Source: Fimbriimonadales bacterium
GTDB taxonomy: Bacteria > Armatimonadota > Fimbriimonadia > Fimbriimonadales > ATM1
DNA length: 13,622 bases
NCBI GenBank assembly: GCA_051003155.1
Contig: JBPCLO010000015.1
Location: 1 to 13,622 of the forward strand
Direction: 5' to 3'
The first letter of the stretch is position 1; each line of letters begins with the position of its first letter. This document shows positions 7,491 to 13,622 of this stretch, one piece after another. The notes under the pieces were generated by a model, which was given only the letters and a program-made list of their open reading frames with translations, was not told the origin of the DNA and searched no databases. The position numbers were made by a program, and so were the translations under genes.

Positions 7491-8012
7491 ATGTCAAGAA
7501 CGAACATGGGCTTCGATCCGATTGCTGAAATGCAGCAATGGATTCAGCTAATGGATCAAGCCTACGGCAAAGCTACGGAGACGATCCAGGATGCTCAGGT
7601 GGTGAGACAGCGATCGTTCATACCGATCGACCTCTTCGAATCGGACAATCATCTGTTTGTCAGAGCTGCCATCCCTGGAGTGCGTCAGGAAGACGTTTCA
7701 GTTGCGGTCGAGAACTCCGTCCTCACCATTTCAGCCGAAACGCGTCCTTGGACCCCGAATGGCGAATCGGAAGTTCGATGGTTCAGGTCTGAGACCCCGT
7801 GCGGCAAATTCATGAGGTCGATCCGATTGCCCGACCGGCTTCAATTCGACGCGATTACTGCGGAAATTGAAGACGGTGTCGTACTCGTAAAGATTCCGGG
7901 TCTCGAGGCCCTAAAGCCGAAAACGATCCACGTGCCAGTCGGAAAGGTGGAAGCGAAACCAACATCGAAAAGCCTTCCCGATGGCGCGAAGCAACTGACC
8001 CCGAGCACATGA
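7491..8012 (+). CDS. Hsp20/alpha-crystallin small heat-shock protein
   Basis: SD GGAGGT(7479-7484). Motifs PIDLFE..VRAAIPGV..EDVSV..VLTISAE, GKFMRSIRLP and ITAEIEDGVVLVKIP. Confidence 0.93.
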   Translation: MSRTNMGFDPIAEMQQWIQLMDQAYGKATETIQDAQVVRQRSFIPIDLFESDNHLFVRAAIPGVRQEDVSVAVENSVLTISAETRPWTPNGESEVRWFRSETPCGKFMRSIRLPDRLQFDAITAEIEDGVVLVKIPGLEALKPKTIHVPVGKVEAKPTSKSLPDGAKQLTPST

Positions 8013-8114
8013 TACTGTCCATCGCCGGGTCTCATCCTGAGCAGCTTTAGGCAGCAGCAGCCATGCCTCGCTCCTTGAATGCGGGGAATGGCTAAGCATG
8101 AACTAATTGCGTAA

Positions 8115-8152
8115 CGCCCCCGCTTTGCGCCTATCGCCCAGGCGTGGGGGCG
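8115..8152. terminator. Hairpin between convergent hsp20 and receiver genes
   Basis: Stem CGCCCCC(8115-8121)/GGGGGCG(8146-8152) plus inner stem GCGCCT/AGGCGT, without a strong U-tract. Confidence 0.4.
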
Positions 8153-8268
8153 ATCTTCAATATGCCTGCGATTGTGGAAGCGCTTACCCGGTGGTTGCTG
8201 TCAGTGACGCGAGCAGTCTCGGCCGATGATCGTCAGCGTCATGGCTTGCGATGGAAGACTGCGAAGAG

Positions 8269-8640
8269 TCATTTACGGACAGGCTCCTGTTCCAAACATA
8301 ATCGGACGACATCCAGAAGTTCGTTCGGACGAAACGGCTTCGACAAAAAGGCGCAGCCGATCTTCTGCAATTCGTCTTTGGGCAGCTCCGGCCGGCTACC
8401 GGACATAAAAACCGTTGGGATGACGATTTTGCGTTCGACCAAAAGCTTTGCAAGCTCGATCCCGGTCTGTCCAGGCATCTGAACGTCGGTTAGGAGCAAC
8501 CTAAACGCCTCAGGTTGCAAACTCAATGTCTTGAAAGCTTCGTCGGCGCTGACCGCCTCGCGCACTTCATAGCCATCGTTGGATAAGACGGCAGCGGCAA
8601 TCTGGCGAGCTAACGGCTCGTCGTCGACAACAAGAATCAA
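8269..8640 (-). CDS. Single-domain response regulator (receiver only)
   Basis: Motifs ILVVDDE, LLLTDVQMPGQTG (phospho-Asp), FMSG and FLSKPF. There is no output domain. Confidence 0.93.
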   Translation of the reverse strand: MILVVDDEPLARQIAAAVLSNDGYEVREAVSADEAFKTLSLQPEAFRLLLTDVQMPGQTGIELAKLLVERKIVIPTVFMSGSRPELPKDELQKIGCAFLSKPFRPNELLDVVRLCLEQEPVRK

Positions 8641-8674
8641 TGTTTTCGTCTCGCTAGTAGCGCACTAGGTTAGA

Positions 8675-8699
8675 GACGGCAGGGCAAGGAATTTGTTCC
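8675..8699 (-). promoter_or_regulatory. Putative ECF-sigma promoter for the receiver gene
   Basis: Minus strand reads GGAAC(8699-8695)-N16-CGTC(8678-8675), matching the AAC/CGT ECF consensus. Confidence 0.55.
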
Positions 8700-8921
8700 G
8701 TACTTCTGCTTGACAGGCTGTTCCGGCATCACTTCGGAAGTCCGCGCGGCACGTCTCACCAGATCCCGACACCGGCCGATCTTGACGATTGCCCTTTAGG
8801 CTCGCGCGCGATCACGGCGTCGTTACCCATTAGCGGCACTTCTCGACAGCAACGCCAAGCTGCATGCGAAATCCGACTCACCAGCCCATGCGAATCGTCA
8901 GACCTGAGAGAGGACAGGGAC

Positions 8922-10229
8922 ATGACATACTTCGCTTGCATCCTTGCGGCGGCTGTTCCGCTGGCGACGACCAACTCGGACGAAGCGCGAATTGAGCGCT
9001 TGATCGCTTCGCTAGGCCCATCTTCTATTGGCTCGGACGGCGGGCTCAACGAGCGCATCGAGGACACGCTCGCGCGTCTCATCCGCAAGAGCACGCCTGG
9101 CGTGGAACGACTCATCGTCGAAATCAACAGCAAGGACTTTGAACGTCGGACACGGGTCATCTCGGCATTGAGTCGCATAGGCGACGCCAGAGCCAAGGAG
9201 CCGCTCTACGCGGTATTCCGGCAAAACCCTCGGGATTCGGCCGCGATCAGAGCTCTTGGCGTTCTCGGTGAGCGTCGCATCGCACCAAAGCTCATCGAGA
9301 GGGTGCTAATGATGCCGCAGGAGAGTCAGGTCGAGATCGAAGCACTCCGCGCCCTAGGTGACCCCACGGCCGAAGAAGCCTATCGTGCCGCACTGCGGAC
9401 AAAAACTGTTGCCATTCCCGGATGCTTGGCTCCAGGGATTTTCAGTGAACCGTTTCGGCCGGCAGCTCTGGGCATCGCAGAACTCGGCGATGCGGAGAGC
9501 GTTCTGAAGGAGCTATCGGCCAGCAGCGACTGGAGAGACCGTCGCGGGAGCGCCATTGGATTGGTCAAGGGGGCCGAAAGTTTTGCGCTGCCGACGCTTC
9601 GCAAACTTGCGCGGGATAAGCAGGCCGAGGTCCGCGGGGAAGCTTTGGTTACGCTCGGCATTCGTCGTGACGCCGACGCACTTCCGCTTTTCTACGAAGG
9701 ACTCGGGGACAAGGACGTGCGCGGAAAGGCTCTGGAGGGCCTGTCGTACCTTGCTGATCCGCAAATGGTTCACGTCGTGATGGCTCTGAAAGACGAAGAG
9801 CCGGACTTGGTTGCCCGCGTACTCTGCGGTACTGACTCGGATGAAGCATCCGTCGCACATAAGGGGCTAATTCTTGACCGTAACGATAGGGTTGCGGCGG
9901 CCGCGATTAATGCTCTCAGCAGTAACATTATTCGACACGAGCTTGCCGTGTTCGCACTAGAGACGCGCCCGGACCATGCCTACGCGGCTGCGACGGTCTT
10001 GGCCCGGTTTTCCGCCCTTGGTATATCGCAGCTGTCGGCTTTCGCAGGGTCTTCAGACAGTCGAATCGGAACGGCTGTGGCGCTCGCCTTGCAGATGACA
10101 AACGACGAGGTTGCTATACCGATACTTCGAAGCATGCTGAGAGACACGAACAAGGAGGTCGCTGAGATGGCACGTTACGCATTAGAAAGACTGCTGATTA
10201 CGCTGGGCCTTTTGGCCCCTCGGTTTTAA
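8922..10229 (+). CDS. HEAT-repeat protein with predicted signal peptide (435 aa)
   Basis: Purine-rich SD region (GAGAGGACAGGGA), N-terminus MTYFACILAAAVPLA, and many repeats of 'R..A..ALG.LGD..A.P.L'. Confidence 0.88.
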   Translation: MTYFACILAAAVPLATTNSDEARIERLIASLGPSSIGSDGGLNERIEDTLARLIRKSTPGVERLIVEINSKDFERRTRVISALSRIGDARAKEPLYAVFRQNPRDSAAIRALGVLGERRIAPKLIERVLMMPQESQVEIEALRALGDPTAEEAYRAALRTKTVAIPGCLAPGIFSEPFRPAALGIAELGDAESVLKELSASSDWRDRRGSAIGLVKGAESFALPTLRKLARDKQAEVRGEALVTLGIRRDADALPLFYEGLGDKDVRGKALEGLSYLADPQMVHVVMALKDEEPDLVARVLCGTDSDEASVAHKGLILDRNDRVAAAAINALSSNIIRHELAVFALETRPDHAYAAATVLARFSALGISQLSAFAGSSDSRIGTAVALALQMTNDEVAIPILRSMLRDTNKEVAEMARYALERLLITLGLLAPRF

Positions 10230-10322
10230 TCCATTCGTGAGGGACTCGCGACCGTTCCCGGTAGGGCGATTAGCCATGCCACGCGGTTAAGATTTCACGC
10301 GATCTGAATGCCATGCCGCCTG

Positions 10323-10988
10323 CTACCTTCCAGGCTTATGCGCAAATCGAAACTCAGGTCGCCCGCAGTGCCAGCATAAAACGACTTCATAATCGTGCGG
10401 CCGAGGACCCAAATCAACCCCGTACCAGCCCGGAATGCGGCTGGTTTTCTTGAGCCTTCCAATTTCGCGCCAGCACTGCCCGCAATCCGCGCAATGATCC
10501 GCTACCTGAACGCTTTTGAAATAGCGCACCTCATCAAACAGCCATGGAACGACCGCTGACACCCGAATGGATAATGTGTGTTCGCTCAGGTCTGCGAGAT
10601 GATCTTGACGGCTTCGGTTTTCATGCGCAGTTAGACTCTCCGCTACGCTGACGTAACATGACGCACCGAACCGCCGCACTGGATACGTGCCGCCTCTCAG
10701 GACTTGACCGGGAATGATGTAATACAGTTTTCTGCGGGTTAGCCCGGATTCTTCCAGGTTGGCCCCACCGAAGGAAAAGGTCTGAAACAGGTGGTCGCCA
10801 AGTGCAAGCCCAAGGCTCTTCATAAACTGAAGGAAGTCTTGCGACAGAAATCGCTCGCGCACCATGCGCCAATTACTGCACCCATCGCACTGACACCAGT
10901 CTAGCCATTTATCCGAGTAAACCCTTCGAACTTTGGCGGGATCAACAACGATCATTGCCGATCCTATTTTGAATTCCTGCGACGCCAC
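10323..10988 (-). CDS. Hypothetical Cys-motif protein (221 aa)
   Basis: GTG start with CATAAT 9 nt upstream, CQCDGCSN near the N-terminus and CADCG...CWHCG at the C-terminus. Confidence 0.7.
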   Translation of the reverse strand: MASQEFKIGSAMIVVDPAKVRRVYSDKWLDWCQCDGCSNWRMVRERFLSQDFLQFMKSLGLALGDHLFQTFSFGGANLEESGLTRRKLYYIIPGQVLRGGTYPVRRFGASCYVSVAESLTAHENRSRQDHLADLSEHTLSIRVSAVVPWLFDEVRYFKSVQVADHCADCGQCWREIGRLKKTSRIPGWYGVDLGPRPHDYEVVLCWHCGRPEFRFAHKPGR

Positions 10989-11084
10989 CGAATTACGATT
11001 ATGCGCTGTAGCGCGCGTGGGTGGATGAGGAGAGGGTGTTCACTCTGTGTGACCTACGCACCCCCAAAACTAGGCTCTCATGGT

Positions 11085-11491
11085 GTGTCGTTCCTCCGGA
11101 TGAACGTTTTTCGAAATCTACGGCAGTGCGTTCGCATGGAGCTGGCGCCCGTTGTATTCTTCGTCAATGAAGCAGCCGGGCGCATGCTCGGCCGCCTCGA
11201 AACTCTCGTACTAACACCAAGAAGATCATCGAAGAGCATTGCCCCGAGCAACTACTTGCATGTATCGCGGATGCATGCGCGCTAAATGTGACATCCGCCA
11301 GCGACGATGAACTTCAATTCCTCGCAGTCACTTCGATGTCAAGGATGTCTGCGATCCTGCGGGCTCGAGGAGATTCGGACGGCTCGAAGAAATGGCTTGC
11401 TAAATCGCTCTTGCTTTCTGGTTTTGAATCTGAGGATCAAGCATTTGCAGCCGTTCCCGATCTGCTCGCCGTTTTTGGAACTGAGACATGA
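11085..11491 (+). pseudogene. Possible frameshifted hypothetical gene
   Basis: Two overlapping open frames join by a -1 shift near 11213 (..LETLVL / NTKKIIEEHCPEQLL..). The stop overlaps the next ATG (ATGA). Confidence 0.35.
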
Positions 11492-11688
11492 GGATTCTGC
11501 TCTTGGCTGCAACCTCCGCCGCAGTGTCGTCACCGACAAGTACGGCAAGCGTCCACCTTCCAGTCCGGTCCGACGCGCAGCGTAATGCCTCCGGGATAAA
11601 CGGCCGCCACGTTGACGGTGGTCTCGACAGCGTAGCTGTTTTCGAGTGGCGAGTGCCCGCTGCCATGGTCATCAGCGGAATGATGTAG
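11488..11688 (+). CDS. Short ORF with signal-peptide-like start, possibly a truncated exported protein
   Basis: Starts MRILLLAATSAA, has an ATGA overlap with the upstream stop and is only 66 aa long. Confidence 0.35.
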   Translation: MRILLLAATSAAVSSPTSTASVHLPVRSDAQRNASGINGRHVDGGLDSVAVFEWRVPAAMVISGMM

Positions 11689-11766
11689 GGCAGGAAATCG
11701 ACTAACAACTGCACAATGCTCTCGAAATTTATTCTTGCTTGATGTGCGATTCAAACACGCGGCGGG

Positions 11767-13488
11767 CTACAGCACAATGTTCCCGGTGCGCCACTTCTTG
11801 TTGCTTAGGAGGCGGAAGGAATAGCGCACGGTGAGCTTCGGAAAGGCTTTTGGGCCCCTCTTGATCGTGACGAGCGGCGTAGCGTTCTTTGCCTCGCCAG
11901 TGCGGGGGTCGGGCTCGCTGGATGATGGCTGGATTAGGATGAGCTTGCCTCGGTAAGCCGTCAGCTCCTTTCCGCCGGCGCTTATCTTATCGATCCGAAA
12001 CTCGAGCGGTCGGCCGATCTCGTCGCAGTAGATGGAAAACTCCCTACCCTTGGGAGTATCGTGGTAAGCGAGGCCGGGATTCGGAATCAAGAACGACTCC
12101 CCGGATTCGCCTAGGCCGGATCCGTTCTCGAATTGGTAGGAGAACTTCACCAGCGTCGCGCCCCCAAGGGGCCCGGCTTCTGGAGGAAAGGCCACCACCT
12201 GCTCCTTGTTCGCTTGAAGCACTGTGGGCATCTTGTCCAGCGGCTCATAGGCGTTTAACTCCACCTCGTCTAACGTGATCGTCGGAGGGTCTTCCTTACC
12301 GGGCCGATAGGTGAGCGAGAGATGCGTTCGGCCGGATTCGGTCCTAACCTTCCGCTCAATCTTCCCTTCGGACTCATCGCCAAGTAACCCCACCTCCAGC
12401 GGCGGGTAAATGTTCCAGCCATCTACGATCGGAGCATCGGGAAAGACTATCGGTTCCGCGCCGGGATGGAGCGCCTGCAAGCCGTCGTTCAAAGCCCGCA
12501 ACACATGACCCATCTCAGTGCTGGCTGCGCTTGCGCCCGGCGAGAGGTTCGTCCTAGAGAGCAGCCTGGCGGCGTCGGCTCGCAAGAGGTCCTCCGGGGT
12601 CTGTCCCAGCTTGTTTCGAGCCTTGGGGTCCGCTCCTGCAGACAGGAGCTTCTTGATGAGCGAGGCCATCGGTACCCCGAAACCTGATCGCATTGCCACA
12701 TGCAGGGGTGTGAAGCCTTGTCGCGAACGCGCATTCGGGTCAACGCCCAACTTTAGAAGCCCGTCGATGGCGAAGACTGAGCCGCCTTTAGCGACCTCGT
12801 GCAGAAGGGTCCATCCATTGTCGTCCACCGCCTTGGGATCGGCTCCAGCGTCGAGGAGCAGCTTCGCGAGCCCCGGATGCTCTTGCCACTGACAGACCAT
12901 TTCGAAGAGAGGCGTGCGGCCGGAATCCCTATAACCGGGCTCCCAGCCGTTGGCAACCTGCTCGTCCGCCTCGGAGCCGTGGACCGTGTTGGGATCCTCT
13001 TTCGTACGTGCATTGACGTTCACATTCCGTTTGAGCAGCGCTCTGACCACCTGGGTGTCTCCAAACCGAGCGGCCATGCGCACGGCCATGTGCAGGGGTG
13101 TTGATCCATTGTTCATCGGAAGTTCCGGATCTGCCCCGCGTCCTAGCAGGTACAACGCGACATCGCTTCGAGTTGAGATAACGGCTTGGGTAAGGGGTGT
13201 CCAGCCCTGATGTGACTGGCGAGCATCCATCTTCGCTCCCTTGGCAATCAACAGCTTGACTATCTCAAGCGACTCGCCGGCGGCCACCACGATGGCGGGC
13301 CAGTCGTTTGCCTCGGTGGCATGGGGGCTTGCGCCCTTGTTTAGGAGTTGCTTGACTCCCTTCGCATCCTTCTTGCGTATTGCGGCGAACAGCTTGTCGT
13401 CAATTGGTCGAGTCTGTACAGGCGACATCACCCGCCCCTGCGGTGCGGCTTGTTCGCACCCCGCGACCGCAAGGCCCGCACTGGCCAA
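11767..13488 (-). CDS. Ankyrin-repeat lipoprotein with an unassigned beta-rich C-terminal region
   Basis: Lipobox LAVAG-C and ankyrin motifs GWTPLTQA, GSTPLHMA, GRTPLF, GWTLLHEVA, GFTPLHVA and GQTP, with LL..GADP linkers. The true start is probably further upstream (see findings). Confidence 0.92.
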   Translation of the reverse strand: MASAGLAVAGCEQAAPQGRVMSPVQTRPIDDKLFAAIRKKDAKGVKQLLNKGASPHATEANDWPAIVVAAGESLEIVKLLIAKGAKMDARQSHQGWTPLTQAVISTRSDVALYLLGRGADPELPMNNGSTPLHMAVRMAARFGDTQVVRALLKRNVNVNARTKEDPNTVHGSEADEQVANGWEPGYRDSGRTPLFEMVCQWQEHPGLAKLLLDAGADPKAVDDNGWTLLHEVAKGGSVFAIDGLLKLGVDPNARSRQGFTPLHVAMRSGFGVPMASLIKKLLSAGADPKARNKLGQTPEDLLRADAARLLSRTNLSPGASAASTEMGHVLRALNDGLQALHPGAEPIVFPDAPIVDGWNIYPPLEVGLLGDESEGKIERKVRTESGRTHLSLTYRPGKEDPPTITLDEVELNAYEPLDKMPTVLQANKEQVVAFPPEAGPLGGATLVKFSYQFENGSGLGESGESFLIPNPGLAYHDTPKGREFSIYCDEIGRPLEFRIDKISAGGKELTAYRGKLILIQPSSSEPDPRTGEAKNATPLVTIKRGPKAFPKLTVRYSFRLLSNKKWRTGNIVL

Positions 13489-13589
13489 AAGATAAATCAG
13501 GCAAAGCTTAACTGGCTAGTCCCCATTTAATGACCAGGTCAGAGTTTTAGTTCTGCAGCCTACTGCATTGTGATTGAAAGCTGGGCGAT

Positions 13590-13621
13590 GAAGCTTGCAG
13601 GGGGCAGTCCTTGCAAGCTTC
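13590..13621. repeat. Inverted repeat (terminator- or REP-like hairpin)
   Basis: Perfect 10-bp stem GAAGCTTGCA/TGCAAGCTTC extended by GGGG/TCCT. Its context is cut by the window edge. Confidence 0.55.
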
Positions 13622-13622
13622 G

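Larger units (their letters stand above)
2834..13622. mobile_element. Probable eroded genomic island or accessory region next to tRNA-Lys (right boundary not visible)
   Basis: Begins at a tRNA 3' end, contains an integrase relic and several gene fragments, has mixed gene orientations and appears less GC-rich by eye. No att duplicate was found. Confidence 0.4.

Noticed and set aside
8715..8795. Minus-strand IVKIGRCRDLVRR resembling a GIY-YIG/T5orf172 motif
   Set aside because: It is very short, has a stop just upstream and lacks the other family motifs.
2834..13622. CRISPR array or integron attC cassette structure
   Set aside because: No regularly spaced repeats or shared RYYYAAC/GTTRRRY inverted-repeat ends were seen between genes, and gene orientations are mixed.

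Overview
GC-rich bacterial DNA with two contrasting parts. The left part (1-2833) looks like core genome: a partial minus-strand gene, a 46-aa lipoprotein, a structured intergenic ncRNA candidate with a promoter-like element and a clear terminator, a small Cys/His-rich protein, a tightly overlapping moaC-mog/moaB-tatD cluster, and tRNA-Lys(CTT). The part right of the tRNA (2834-13622) looks accessory and eroded. It holds an FAD oxidoreductase with a Rieske domain, a 50-aa ORF resembling an RHS-type toxin C-terminus followed by a HEAT-repeat protein, and a tyrosine-integrase C-terminal relic abutting a TolB/PD40 relic. Further right are an SRPBCC relic in frame with Hsp20, a lone receiver domain behind an ECF-type promoter, a secreted HEAT protein, a Cys-rich hypothetical protein, broken ORFs and an ankyrin-repeat lipoprotein. 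The best leads are the putative orphan toxin-tip/HEAT immunity pair (4683-5459) and the ncRNA candidate (about 422-565). No CRISPR array, rRNA or intact mobile element is visible. All family calls come from motif recognition by eye; no searches were run.
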